This document shows positions 47,779 through 59,468 of a DNA stretch of 64,000 nucleotides, piece after piece. Position 1 is the first letter of the stretch; the number at the start of each line of letters is the position of its first letter. The notes beneath the pieces are model-generated. The model made no database searches and was not told where the DNA came from. It was given only the letters and a program-made list of their open reading frames with translations. The stretch is from a phage, in sequence record PX880103.1; one strand, written 5' to 3'. Position numbers and translations under genes: made by a program.

Positions 47779-47814
47779 GATAATAGTATCACTACCTCAT
47801 CAGTATGTAAACAA
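47779..47814 (-). promoter_or_regulatory. Early promoter with inverted repeat flanking the -10
   Basis: -35 GTTTACA; -10 region bracketed by CTGATGAG...CTCATCAG. Confidence 0.5.
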
Positions 47815-47824
47815 CTTTGTGAAA

Positions 47825-48521
<697 letters not shown>

Positions 48522-48522
<1 letters not shown>

Positions 48523-49247
48523 TATAGTACCTTTAGTGTATTTTTAATTTTAGAAAAAAGTTCTTCAAGAGAACCATCGTTTGTAATTACTAAATCGCCA
48601 TCACGAATTGGCAATCCAGCTTCTGTAATATGTGTATCATTGGATTTTTGACCAGGACGAACTACATGAATTACCGTAGCACCCATCGCCCTAGCCGCAT
48701 CCATTTCATGATCTTGACGGGTATCAGGAACGATATAATAATCATAACCTGAGTTAAATTTATCAAGATAATCTAAAGCAAATAATTTTACCCAGTACAT
48801 GCGGTCGAAGTTATTAACAATCAAATCCGTACCTAGGGCTTGCATCAGACGACGGACTGACCATTGATCTTCAATATTATTTATAACGTCAGTAATCTTA
48901 TTAAATGCTACGAAATTAACTGATTCTTTTCCTTCGTCATCAAAAACAAACACACCTTTAATTGGGCTTTTACCATTAAGATAGCAAAATGCTTGTTCCA
49001 TAATCGTGATTACTTCTAATTTAGTCAGATTTAAATTAGTCTCACGATCATAGTCAATTCCTTCAAACTCTTTACGAGTTAAGCAAGGATAATCGGTGTT
49101 TGCTGCAAATACTCCCCATGCATAAGCCAATGCATCCTTAATAGGACCAGCAAGTTGGTATTTAATTGCAGAATAATTGCTCATGATAAAATCAGCAGTA
49201 GTATCTTTTCCACTACGCTTTACACCGCTTAAAAAGATTAGTTTCAT
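48522..49247 (-). CDS. 1: Deoxynucleoside monophosphate kinase
   Basis: 241 aa from MKLIFLSGVKRSGKDTT (P-loop) with GAGGAGA SD; T4 gp1. Confidence 0.9.
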
Positions 49248-49296
49248 GTGTTTCTCCTCAAATTTAATTAAGATTATAACACACAAAACTGAAGCA

Positions 49297-49827
49297 TTAA
49301 ACTTCTGCTATAATTTTTCCATCTTTTTCTACTTGAAAATAGGTGTAAGGAATCGTTGCTGTACATACTAAAGCCGGGTCTGAATCTTCCGTGTAGCTAA
49401 ATTCTACTTCAGACAGGTCAGAAACCCAAGGCTTATAAAAATTTATTGACATCACGATTTCAGTTTTGCTATTATCTAAGATGTAAAGCGTAATGTACTC
49501 AGGACCTGTTTTTTGGGCAGTATTTTCACCTGTAAGATAGTTGCTAGTTCCTAGCATCCATTCATACATTCCTATCCACGACTTAAGTTCTTCATCAACT
49601 ATAAATCTCACGATGAGTGGATCGTACTCAAATGTAGCACCTGGACGTTGTGCTCGGCCCAGTCCAAACGGCCCAGTCACGGTATCAGTAACAGGTATTC
49701 TAATTCCTGGAATAGGAACTGACTGAGCATTTAAAGTAAAAGCAGATGTAGTATTACTATGTGGTATTGATACTACAAAGTTAGTTGTATTTGCTTGGTT
49801 AAAAATTTGTTGCAGAGCTTGCGACAT
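49297..49827 (-). CDS. 3: Tail completion and sheath stabiliser protein
   Basis: 176 aa from internal Met with GAGGAA SD; position between genes 1 and 2. Confidence 0.8.
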   Translation of the reverse strand: MSQALQQIFNQANTTNFVVSIPHSNTTSAFTLNAQSVPIPGIRIPVTDTVTGPFGLGRAQRPGATFEYDPLIVRFIVDEELKSWIGMYEWMLGTSNYLTGENTAQKTGPEYITLYILDNSKTEIVMSINFYKPWVSDLSEVEFSYTEDSDPALVCTATIPYTYFQVEKDGKIIAEV

Positions 49828-49933
49828 ATATTCCTCATAATGCTTTATAACTGTTGGTGGTATAATGGGTCTAAGTCCCTTCCATTCAATTCCATTTAGA
49901 ACAAACAACAGAAAAGAATGGAAGATAATAGAA

Positions 49934-50758
49934 TTAGATATTTGACCAGACTTTGTTTGCAGAGAAACGTTTTCCTTTTGAAACGAACTGCTGAAGTGGC
50001 ATTAACACAACGTTCGCCCAGTCTTTCGGGGCGATTTCAACAAGGCTACCCATAATATTACCAGGTATATATGCCTTAATCATTTGGTCTGCACCCCTAA
50101 ATCCTTTCACTTGACTCCAATCAATTTTTAATTTCGTTTTATTAGTAATAGTAGGTGTATTTGAATATTGCTTTAAAAGCTCTTCTAGAAACTGCTGACG
50201 AGCTTTAGGTGGAATATAGTGCAAGTTTAATCCGTACATTAAATTATGCTTACCTAAACCAAGGTAAATTATCAAAGGAAATTTATCCCAGTAAGGAAGA
50301 GTTTCCTTGTGTTTAGCATCATAAGCAAAAGCATATATTCGTCCCGGCTGCGGGCGAACAACTTTATGTCCTTTTACTTGCTTAATAGTTTCAGCAAACC
50401 ACTTTCTGGTTTTATTATTAATTGCTGCACCTTCATTACGAATTTTATCACGCAATGTTTGTCTGAATGAATTTATCATAAGCAGTTGTCTTTCTTGCTT
50501 ATTGAGTTTATTCATTGGTTTTGATTCAAGCTTTTGAATCTTTTCAGCCGTTTTAATTCCTGAAGCATATTTTGACATTGCTGAAGTAAACGTAGAGTAT
50601 TTGATTCCTCTTTCTTCAGCAAATTGCTTTCCTGTCATTCCTTTTGCTTTGGCCTTTTTATATTCAAGACCTATCTGAATCCATTTCTTTTCGTTTAATG
50701 ATTGCTTAACCTTTGGAACTTGGGGAGTGCTTTCATTAATTATTTGAAAAATAGCCAT
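49934..50758 (-). CDS. 2: DNA end protector protein
   Basis: 274 aa; T4 gp2 length and synteny. Confidence 0.85.
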   Translation of the reverse strand: MAIFQIINESTPQVPKVKQSLNEKKWIQIGLEYKKAKAKGMTGKQFAEERGIKYSTFTSAMSKYASGIKTAEKIQKLESKPMNKLNKQERQLLMINSFRQTLRDKIRNEGAAINNKTRKWFAETIKQVKGHKVVRPQPGRIYAFAYDAKHKETLPYWDKFPLIIYLGLGKHNLMYGLNLHYIPPKARQQFLEELLKQYSNTPTITNKTKLKIDWSQVKGFRGADQMIKAYIPGNIMGSLVEIAPKDWANVVLMPLQQFVSKGKRFSANKVWSNI

Positions 50759-51210
50759 TATGCCCCCTTAAAGCCAAGAGCTCGTAATCCATCTTCTGTT
50801 AGAATTCTAAATTTTATTCCACGCTTTTCAGCTAAAGATTGTGCTGCTTTCCATTTATCAGTGTTCACAGACCAGGTATAAATTTCATTCATAAATCTTT
50901 TCTTCGCTGCGGTTGTTAGATGTGCTGGTTTAACTGGTGGTTGTGTTTCTTTTTTAGGTTTTATTTCAATAAAAAATTCTTGTCCAGAAGAATCTTTCAT
51001 CCAAATATCCATGAAGTATCTACGTTTTTTCCCTTCTGCATTACAAAAATAAGGAATTACTGCTGTTTCACTACCCCATGCAATAATTTCTGGATTTTTA
51101 TCTAACCATTCAAAAAAGAATTTTTCCCAATTTGATCTATACGTAATTTTTTTAGGGTCACCTCTATATTTTGATATATTTTTAGGAACCCATTTTCCAG
51201 AATATGCCAT
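50758..51210 (-). CDS. 4: Head completion protein
   Basis: 150 aa; T4 gp4 length and synteny. Confidence 0.85.
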   Translation of the reverse strand: MAYSGKWVPKNISKYRGDPKKITYRSNWEKFFFEWLDKNPEIIAWGSETAVIPYFCNAEGKKRRYFMDIWMKDSSGQEFFIEIKPKKETQPPVKPAHLTTAAKKRFMNEIYTWSVNTDKWKAAQSLAEKRGIKFRILTEDGLRALGFKGA

Positions 51211-51214
51211 TGGA

Positions 51215-51236
51215 TTCTCCTTATAAATAGATAATA
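51215..51236 (+). promoter_or_regulatory. Late promoter for gene 53
   Basis: TATAAATA at 51222..51229, about 28 nt upstream of gene 53 ATG. Confidence 0.6.
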
Positions 51237-51250
51237 TATTTATAAACAGG
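51230..51250 (-). promoter_or_regulatory. Late promoter for gene 4 (divergent from the gene 53 promoter)
   Basis: Plus strand tatttata at 51237..51244 reads TATAAATA on the minus strand. Confidence 0.5.
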
Positions 51251-51257
51251 AGGGCCC

Positions 51258-51848
51258 ATGCTCTTTACATTTTTTGATCCGATTGAATATGCGGCCAAAA
51301 CGGTGAATAAAAACGCGCCGACTATTCCTATGACAGATATTTTTAGAAACTATAAAGACTATTTTAAACGCGCTCTTGCGGGATACCGCTTACGTACTTA
51401 TTATATCAAAGGTTCACCACGTCCGGAAGAATTAGCAAATACTATATATGGAAATCCACAGCTGTATTGGGTTTTATTGATGTGTAATGATAATTATGAT
51501 CCATATTATGGATGGATTACTTCGCAAGAAGCTGCTTATCAAGCATCTATACAAAAATATAAAAATATAGGTGGAGACCAAATAGTATATCATGTGAATG
51601 AGAACGGTGAAAAATTTTATAACTTAATATCATACGATGATAATCCACATATTTGGTACGATAAAGGTGATAAAGCTAGAAAATATCCTCAATATGAAGG
51701 AGCACTTGCTGCGGTCGATACGTATGAAGCGGCTGTTCTTGAAAATGAAAAACTTCGTCAAATAAAAATAATAGCAAAATCAGACATCAATTCATTTATG
51801 AACGACCTTATACGTATAATGGAGAAATCTTATGGAAATGATAAGTAA
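51258..51848 (+). CDS. 53: Baseplate wedge protein
   Basis: 196 aa; synteny; preceded by late promoter. Confidence 0.85.
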   Translation: MLFTFFDPIEYAAKTVNKNAPTIPMTDIFRNYKDYFKRALAGYRLRTYYIKGSPRPEELANTIYGNPQLYWVLLMCNDNYDPYYGWITSQEAAYQASIQKYKNIGGDQIVYHVNENGEKFYNLISYDDNPHIWYDKGDKARKYPQYEGALAAVDTYEAAVLENEKLRQIKIIAKSDINSFMNDLIRIMEKSYGNDK

Positions 51849-53559
51849 TAACCTCAATTGGTTTGTTGGTGTTGTTGAAGATAGAATGGACCCATTAAAA
51901 TTAGGTCGTGTTCGTGTTCGTGTGGTTGGTCTGCATCCACCTCAAAGAGCACAAGGTGATGTAATGGGTATTCCAACTGAAAAATTACCATGGATGTCAG
52001 TTATTCAACCTATAACTTCTGCAGCAATGTCTGGAATTGGAGGCTCCGTTACTGGTCCGGTAGAAGGAACTAGAGTTTATGGTCATTTTTTGGACAAATG
52101 GAAAACTAATGGAATTGTCCTTGGCACGTATGGTGGAATAGTTCGCGAAAAACCGAATAGACTTGAAGGATTTTCTGACCCAACTGGACAGTATCCTAGA
52201 CGTCTAGGAAATGATACTAACGTATTAAACCAAGGCGGAGAAGTAGGATATGATTCCTCTTCTAATATTATCCAAGATAGTAATCTAGACACTGCAATAA
52301 ATCCCGATGATAGACCACTATCAGAAATTCCAACTGATGATAATCCAAATATGTCAATGGCTGAAATGCTTCGCCGTGATGAAGGATTAAGACTAAAAGT
52401 TTATTGGGATACCGAAGGATATCCGACAATTGGTATTGGTCATCTTATCATGAAGCAGCCAGTTCGTGATATGGCTCAAATTAATAAAGTTTTATCAAAA
52501 CAAGTTGGTCGTGAAATTACAGGAAATCCAGGTTCTATTACAATGGAAGAAGCGACAGCTTTATTTGAGCGTGATTTGGCTGATATGCAACGTGACATTA
52601 AATCACATTCTAAAGTAGGACCAGTCTGGCAAGCTGTCAACCGTTCTCGTCAAATGGCGTTAGAAAATATGGCATTTCAGATGGGTGTTGGTGGTGTAGC
52701 TAAATTTAACACAATGTTAACTGCTATGTTAGCCGGAGATTGGGAAAAAGCATATAAAGCCGGTCGTGATTCATTGTGGTATCAACAAACAAAAGGTCGT
52801 GCATCCCGTGTTACCATGATTATTCTTACAGGGAATTTGGAATCATATGGTGTTGAAGTGAAAACCCCAGCTAGGTCTCTATCAGCAATGGCTGCTACTA
52901 TAGCTAAATCTTCTGACCCGGCTGACCCTCCTATTCCGAATGATTCGAGAATTTTATTCAAAGAACCTGTTTCTTCATATAAAGGTGAATATCCGTATGT
53001 TCACACAATGGAAACTGAAAGCGGTCATATTCAAGAATTTGATGATACCCCTGGGCAAGAACGATACAGATTAGTTCATCCGACAGGAACATATGAGGAA
53101 GTATCACCGTCAGGAAGAAGAACAAGAAAAACTGTTGATAATTTGTATGATATAACCAACGCTGATGGTAATTTTTTGGTAGCCGGTGATAAAAAGACTA
53201 ACGTCGGTGGATCAGAAATTTATTACAACATGGATAGTCGTCTTCACCAGATAGATGGAAGCAATACAATATTTGTACGTGGCGATGAAACTAAAACGGT
53301 TGAAGGTAATGGAACTATCCTAGTTAAAGGTAATGTTACTATTGTAGTTGAAGGTAATGCTGACATCACAGTTAAAGGAGATGCTACCACTTTAGTTGAA
53401 GGAAATCAAACTAATACAGTAAATGGAAATCTTTCTTGGAAAGTTGCTGGGACAGTTGATTGGGACGTTGGTGGTGATTGGACAGAAAAAATGGCATCTA
53501 TGAGTTCTATTTCATCTGGTCAATACACAATTGATGGATCGAGGATTGACATTGGCTAA
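51832..53559 (+). CDS. 5: Baseplate hub and tail lysozyme (cell-puncturing device)
   Basis: 575 aa matching T4 gp5 as remembered, including lysozyme domain and C-terminal VxGxxxxxV beta-helix repeats. Confidence 0.95.
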   Translation: MEMISNNLNWFVGVVEDRMDPLKLGRVRVRVVGLHPPQRAQGDVMGIPTEKLPWMSVIQPITSAAMSGIGGSVTGPVEGTRVYGHFLDKWKTNGIVLGTYGGIVREKPNRLEGFSDPTGQYPRRLGNDTNVLNQGGEVGYDSSSNIIQDSNLDTAINPDDRPLSEIPTDDNPNMSMAEMLRRDEGLRLKVYWDTEGYPTIGIGHLIMKQPVRDMAQINKVLSKQVGREITGNPGSITMEEATALFERDLADMQRDIKSHSKVGPVWQAVNRSRQMALENMAFQMGVGGVAKFNTMLTAMLAGDWEKAYKAGRDSLWYQQTKGRASRVTMIILTGNLESYGVEVKTPARSLSAMAATIAKSSDPADPPIPNDSRILFKEPVSSYKGEYPYVHTMETESGHIQEFDDTPGQERYRLVHPTGTYEEVSPSGRRTRKTVDNLYDITNADGNFLVAGDKKTNVGGSEIYYNMDSRLHQIDGSNTIFVRGDETKTVEGNGTILVKGNVTIVVEGNADITVKGDATTLVEGNQTNTVNGNLSWKVAGTVDWDVGGDWTEKMASMSSISSGQYTIDGSRIDIG

Positions 53560-53569
53560 TATACTTCCA

Positions 53570-54088
53570 ATGAGCGCTGATTTAGGAGAATCCATGGAAG
53601 GTTCTTCTATCGACGTCACCTTTACCGCTCAATTAGAAATAGGTGAAACGTTAGTATCTATAAATATAACTAGTTACGAAGAAACTCCTGGGGTTTTAGT
53701 AGAAGAAAATCGCTTATATGGAACATATGAATCTGTGTTTGGTTTCGGAAATGATGCATTGAAATATCGTTTAGGCGATGAATTTAAAACTGCTGCTTCA
53801 TGGGAAGAACTTCCTACTGATTCTAACACTCAGTTGTATTTGTGGAAAGCTCCTCAAAATCTCCAGAAGACATTCACTTACGAAGTAACATTAATATATG
53901 ACTACCAAGAACAAAGTGAATCTGGAGGTTCTGGTAGTAATTCTAGGTCATCTTCTGATACTACTGAACCGACGGATCCTCCTGCTCCAGTAAGAAAAAC
54001 TCTAGTTAAAAATTACACAAAAACTATAGTTGGAAATTGGAGTCGTTGGGCTAATAAATTGAGAAGCTATGTGTATGAGAGGCCATAA
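53570..54088 (+). CDS. Hypothetical baseplate-region protein (5.1-like)
   Basis: Start chosen at first ATG after gene 5 stop; the longer ORF from 53531 overlaps gene 5. Confidence 0.5.
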
Positions 54089-54382
54089 ATGTCAGGATTA
54101 AGTTATGATAAGTGTGTTACTGCTGGCCATGAAGCGTGGCCTCCAACAGTTGTGAATGCCACACAAAGTAAAGTATTCACCGGAGGAATTGCTGTTCTCG
54201 TAGCAGGTGATCCAATTACAGAACACACAGAAATTAAAAAGCCATATGAAACACATGGCGGAGTGACACAACCTAGAACTTCTAAGGTATATGTCACTGG
54301 AAAGAAAGCTGTTCAAATGGCTGATCCAATATCATGCGGTGATACTGTGGCTCAGGCATCATCTAAAGTATTCATTAAATAG
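54089..54382 (+). CDS. 5.4: PAAR-repeat spike tip protein
   Basis: 97 aa; T4 gp5.4 size and position. Confidence 0.7.
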
Positions 54383-54390
54383 GATTTAAA

Positions 54391-56373
54391 ATGGCAAATA
54401 CCCCTGTAAATTATCAATTAACAAGAACAGCAAATGCTATTCCCGAGATATTCGTCGGGGGTACGTTTGCTGAAATAAAGCAAAATCTCATTGAATGGCT
54501 TAATGGCCAAAATGAATTTTTGGATTATGATTTTGAAGGCTCAAGATTAAACGTTCTGTGTGACCTTTTAGCTTATAATACGCTGTACATTCAACAGTTT
54601 GGTAATGCTGCTGTGTATGAGAGCTTTATGCGTACTGCTAACTTACGAAGTTCAGTTGTTCAAGCTGCACAAGATAACGGATATTTACCTACTTCAAAAT
54701 CAGCTGCTCAAACTGAAATTATGCTAACTTGTACAGACGCGTTGAATAGAAATTACATTACAATTCCTCGTGGTACTCGCTTCTTAGCATACGCAAAGGA
54801 TACTTCTGTTAATCCATACAACTTCGTTTCTACCGAAGACGTTATTGCTATTCGTGATAAAAATAACCAATATTTTCCGCGTTTAAAATTGGCTCAGGGA
54901 CGTATAGTAAGAACTGAAATCATTTATGATAAATTAACGCCTATTATCATTTATGATAAAAATATTGATAGAAACCAGGTTAAATTATATGTTGATGGAG
55001 CGGAATGGATTAACTGGACGAGAAAGTCAATGGTTCATGCTGGTTCAACATCAACGATTTACTATATGCGTGAAACTATTGATGGAAACACTGAATTCTA
55101 TTTTGGTGAAGGTGAAATTTCTGTTAATGCTTCTGAAGGAGCTTTGACCGCTAATTATATCGGAGGTCTTAAACCTACTCAGAACTCTACGATTGTTATT
55201 GAGTACATTAGTACTAATGGCGCGGATGCGAACGGAGCAGTTGGATTTTCATACGCAGATACATTAACAAATATAACTATCATCAATATTAATGAAAATC
55301 CAAACGATGACCCAGATTTTGTTGGGGCAGATGGCGGCGGTGATCCAGAAGATATTGAGCGTATTCGCGAATTGGGTACTATTAAACGCGAAACACAACA
55401 ACGATGCGTAACTGCGACTGACTACGATACATTCGTTTCAGAGAGATTTGGTTCTATTATTCAAGCAGTTCAGACTTTCACTGATTCTACTAAACCTGGG
55501 TATGCATTTATTGCTGCTAAACCTAAATCAGGTCTGTATCTAACTACTGTACAACGTGAAGATATTAAAAATTATCTCAAAGACTATAATTTAGCTCCTA
55601 TTACGCCATCAATTATTTCTCCTAATTATCTTTTTATTAAGACTAATTTAAAAGTCACATATGCTTTAAATAAGCTGCAAGAATCCGAACAGTGGCTTGA
55701 AGGTCAAATAATTGATAAAATTGATCGCTATTATACCGAAGATGTAGAAATTTTTAACTCGTCTTTTGCCAAGTCTAAGATGTTGACATATGTAGATGAT
55801 GCAGATCATTCTATAATTGGCTCATCGGCGACAATTCAAATGGTACGTGAAGTACAAAACTTCTATAAAACGCCTGAAGCAGGTATTAAATACAATAATC
55901 AAATAAAAGATCGTTCTATGGAATCTAATACGTTTTCATTTAATTCTGGACGAAAGGTTGTAAATCCTGATACTGGTTTAGAAGAAGATGTATTATATGG
56001 CGTTCGTATAGTATCAACAGACCGAGATTCTAAAGGAATTGGTAAAGTTATTATTGGTCCATTTGCTTCTGGCGATGTTACAGAAAATGAAAACATTCAG
56101 CCATATACAGGCAATGATTTTAATAAATTAGCAAATTCTGATGGACGCGACAAATACTATGTTATCGGTGAAATAAATTATCCGGCTGACATGATTTATT
56201 GGAATATCGCTAAAATTAATTTAACATCTGAAAAATTTGAGGTTCAGACTATTGAATTATATTCTGACCCAACCGATGATGTTATCTTTACTCGCGATGG
56301 TTCACTGATTGTATTTGAAAATGACTTACGTCCACAATACTTAACTATCGATTTGGAGCCTATATCACAATGA
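54391..56373 (+). CDS. 6: Baseplate wedge protein
   Basis: 660 aa; T4 gp6 length and synteny. Confidence 0.9.
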   Translation: MANTPVNYQLTRTANAIPEIFVGGTFAEIKQNLIEWLNGQNEFLDYDFEGSRLNVLCDLLAYNTLYIQQFGNAAVYESFMRTANLRSSVVQAAQDNGYLPTSKSAAQTEIMLTCTDALNRNYITIPRGTRFLAYAKDTSVNPYNFVSTEDVIAIRDKNNQYFPRLKLAQGRIVRTEIIYDKLTPIIIYDKNIDRNQVKLYVDGAEWINWTRKSMVHAGSTSTIYYMRETIDGNTEFYFGEGEISVNASEGALTANYIGGLKPTQNSTIVIEYISTNGADANGAVGFSYADTLTNITIININENPNDDPDFVGADGGGDPEDIERIRELGTIKRETQQRCVTATDYDTFVSERFGSIIQAVQTFTDSTKPGYAFIAAKPKSGLYLTTVQREDIKNYLKDYNLAPITPSIISPNYLFIKTNLKVTYALNKLQESEQWLEGQIIDKIDRYYTEDVEIFNSSFAKSKMLTYVDDADHSIIGSSATIQMVREVQNFYKTPEAGIKYNNQIKDRSMESNTFSFNSGRKVVNPDTGLEEDVLYGVRIVSTDRDSKGIGKVIIGPFASGDVTENENIQPYTGNDFNKLANSDGRDKYYVIGEINYPADMIYWNIAKINLTSEKFEVQTIELYSDPTDDVIFTRDGSLIVFENDLRPQYLTIDLEPISQ

Positions 56374-59300
56374 CAGTAAAAGCACCTTCAGTCACTAGTC
56401 TCAGAATTTCCAAGTTATCCGCAAATCAGGTGCAAGTACGCTGGGATGACGTTGGTGCTAATTTCTACTATTTTGTAGAAATCGCTGAGACAAAAACAGA
56501 CTCGGGGGAAAATCTCTCGAGCGATCAATATCGTTGGATTAATTTAGGGTATACAGCAAATAATAGTTTCTTTTTTGATGATGCTGATCCACTAACATCA
56601 TACATCATTAGAGTAGCTACAGCTGCGCAAGATTTTGAGCAATCTGATTGGGTTTATACAGAAGAGTTTGAAACTTTTGCTACGAATGCTTACACATTTC
56701 AAAACATGATTGAAATGCAATTAGCCAATAAATTCATTCAGGAAAAATTTACTCTTAACAATTCTAATTATGTCAATTTTAATAATGACACTATAATGGC
56801 TGCATTGATGAATGAATCGTTCCAATTCAGCCCATCATATGTTGATGTTTCATCAATAAGTAATTTTATTATTGGTGAAAATGAGTATCATGAAATACAA
56901 GGTTCTATTCAACAAGTATGTAAGGATATTAACCGTGTTTATTTGATGGAATCAGAAGGGATTCTATATCTTTTTGAGCGCTATCAACCCGTAGTTAAAG
57001 TATCTAATGATAAAGGACAAACCTGGAAAGCTGTAAAGCTCTTCAATGACCGTGTAGGATATCCTTTATCTAAGACAGTATATTACCAATCTGCAAACAC
57101 AACATACGTTCTAGGATACGACAAGATTTTCTACGGCCGTAAATCTACTGATGTTAGATGGTCAGCTGATGATGTCAGATTTAGTTCACAGGATATAACA
57201 TTTGCTAAACTTGGTGACCAATTGCATCTAGGATTTGATGTAGAAATTTTTGCCACTTATGCGACTTTACCGGCGAATATATATCGCATTGCAGAAGCTA
57301 TTACTTGCACCGATGATTACATTTACGTTGTCGCCAGAGACAAAGTTAGATACATAAAAACGAATAATGCACCTATAGATTCTGATCCATTATCTCCAAC
57401 ATATTCGGAAAGACTTTTTGAACCTGATACCATGACTATAACTGGAAATCCCAAAGCAGTATGCTATAAAATGGATTCTATCGGTGATAAAGTTTTTGCT
57501 CTTATTATTGGTGAAGTTGAAACATTAAATGCTAATCCGAGGACTTCAAAAATAATTGATTCCGCTGATAAAGGAATATATGTTTTAAATCATGACGAAA
57601 AAACATGGAAAAGAGTTTTCGGTAATACCGAAGAAGAAAGAAGACGTATTCAACCCGGATATGCGAATATGTCAACTGACGGTAAATTAGTTTCTCTATC
57701 TTCGAGTAATTTTAAATTTTTAAGTGATAACATTGTTAATGACCCTGAAACTGCAGCAAAATATCAGTTAATCGGTGCTGTTAAATATGAATTTCCTCGT
57801 GAATGGTTAGCTGATAAGCATTATCATATGATGGCATTTATAGCGGATGAAAAATCCGATTGGGAGACTTTTACTCCTCAACCAATGAAATACTACGCAG
57901 AACCGTTCTTTAACTGGTCTAAAAAATCTAACACGCGTTGTTGGATAAACAACTCTGATAGAGCTGTTGTAGTTTATGCTGATTTAAAATACACCAAAGT
58001 TATAGAAAATATTCCGGAAACATCACCAGATAGATTAGTTCATGAATACTGGGATGATGGTGATTGCACTATAGTAATGCCAAATGTTAAATTCACTGGA
58101 TTTAAAAAATACGCATCTGGGATGCTTTTCTATAAAGCCTCCGGTGAAATAATTTCTTACTATGATTTTAACTATCGTGTTAGAGATACAGTAGAAATTA
58201 TTTGGAAGCCAACTGAAGTATTTTTAAAAGCATTTTTACAAAACCAAGAGCATGAGACTCCTTGGTCACCAGAAGAAGAGCGTGGATTAGCTGACCCTGA
58301 TTTAAGACCATTAATTGGCACAATGATGCCTGATTCTTATTTGTTACAGGATTCGAATTTTGAGGCATTTTGCGAAGCATATATTCAATATCTTTCTGAT
58401 GGATATGGAACTCAGTATAACAATTTACGAAATTTAATTCGTAACCAATATCCACGAGAAGAGCATGCGTGGGAATATTTGTGGTCAGAGATATATAAAA
58501 GAAACATTTATTTAAATGCTGACAAACGCGATGCTGTTGCAAGATTTTTTGAATCACGTAGCTATGATTTTTATTCTACTAAAGGAATTGAAGCATCATA
58601 CAAGTTTCTTTTTAAAGTTCTTTATAATGAAGAAGTTGAAATTGAAATTGAATCTGGGGCTGGTACTGAATATGACATAATCGTTCAATCTGATTCTTTG
58701 ACTGAAGACTTAGTAGGACAAACGATTTATACGGCAACAGGAAGATGTAATGTTACTTATATAGAAAGAAGCTATTCTAACGGTAAATTGCAATGGACCG
58801 TAACTATTCATAATCTTTTGGGAAGATTAATTGCTGGCCAAGAAGTTAAAGCAGAAAGACTTCCTAGTTTTGAAGGCGAAATTATTCGTGGGGTTAAAGG
58901 AAAGGATTTGCTTCAAAACAATATAGACTATATTAATAGAAGTAGATCATACTATGTAATGAAAATTAAATCCAATTTACCTTCTTCTCGTTGGAAATCT
59001 GACGTTATTCGTTTTGTTCATCCAGTAGGATTTGGATTTATAGCAATTACTCTTTTAACGATGTTTATTAATGTTGGTTTAACTCTTAAACATACAGAGA
59101 CTATAATTAATAAATACAAAAACTATAAATGGGATTCTGGATTGCCTACTGAATATGCCGATAGAGTAGCTAAATTGACTCCAACTGGTGAAATTGAGCA
59201 TGATTCAGTAACAGGCGAAGCAATTTATGAGCCTGGCCCAATGGCTGGTGTAAAATATCCTCTTCCTGATGACTATAATGCTGAAAATAATAATTCAATA

Positions 59301-59468
59301 TTTCAAGGTCAATTGCCGTCTGAGCGACGTAAATTAATGAGTCCTTTATTTGATGCATCTGGAACAACATTTGCGCAATTTAGGGATTTAGTTAATAAAC
59401 GTCTAAAAGATAATATAGGAAATCCAAGAGACCCTGAAAATCCAACACAGGTTAAAATAGATGAATGA
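56370..59468 (+). CDS. 7: Baseplate wedge protein
   Basis: 1032 aa; T4 gp7 length and synteny. Confidence 0.9.
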   Translation: MTVKAPSVTSLRISKLSANQVQVRWDDVGANFYYFVEIAETKTDSGENLSSDQYRWINLGYTANNSFFFDDADPLTSYIIRVATAAQDFEQSDWVYTEEFETFATNAYTFQNMIEMQLANKFIQEKFTLNNSNYVNFNNDTIMAALMNESFQFSPSYVDVSSISNFIIGENEYHEIQGSIQQVCKDINRVYLMESEGILYLFERYQPVVKVSNDKGQTWKAVKLFNDRVGYPLSKTVYYQSANTTYVLGYDKIFYGRKSTDVRWSADDVRFSSQDITFAKLGDQLHLGFDVEIFATYATLPANIYRIAEAITCTDDYIYVVARDKVRYIKTNNAPIDSDPLSPTYSERLFEPDTMTITGNPKAVCYKMDSIGDKVFALIIGEVETLNANPRTSKIIDSADKGIYVLNHDEKTWKRVFGNTEEERRRIQPGYANMSTDGKLVSLSSSNFKFLSDNIVNDPETAAKYQLIGAVKYEFPREWLADKHYHMMAFIADEKSDWETFTPQPMKYYAEPFFNWSKKSNTRCWINNSDRAVVVYADLKYTKVIENIPETSPDRLVHEYWDDGDCTIVMPNVKFTGFKKYASGMLFYKASGEIISYYDFNYRVRDTVEIIWKPTEVFLKAFLQNQEHETPWSPEEERGLADPDLRPLIGTMMPDSYLLQDSNFEAFCEAYIQYLSDGYGTQYNNLRNLIRNQYPREEHAWEYLWSEIYKRNIYLNADKRDAVARFFESRSYDFYSTKGIEASYKFLFKVLYNEEVEIEIESGAGTEYDIIVQSDSLTEDLVGQTIYTATGRCNVTYIERSYSNGKLQWTVTIHNLLGRLIAGQEVKAERLPSFEGEIIRGVKGKDLLQNNIDYINRSRSYYVMKIKSNLPSSRWKSDVIRFVHPVGFGFIAITLLTMFINVGLTLKHTETIINKYKNYKWDSGLPTEYADRVAKLTPTGEIEHDSVTGEAIYEPGPMAGVKYPLPDDYNAENNNSIFQGQLPSERRKLMSPLFDASGTTFAQFRDLVNKRLKDNIGNPRDPENPTQVKIDE

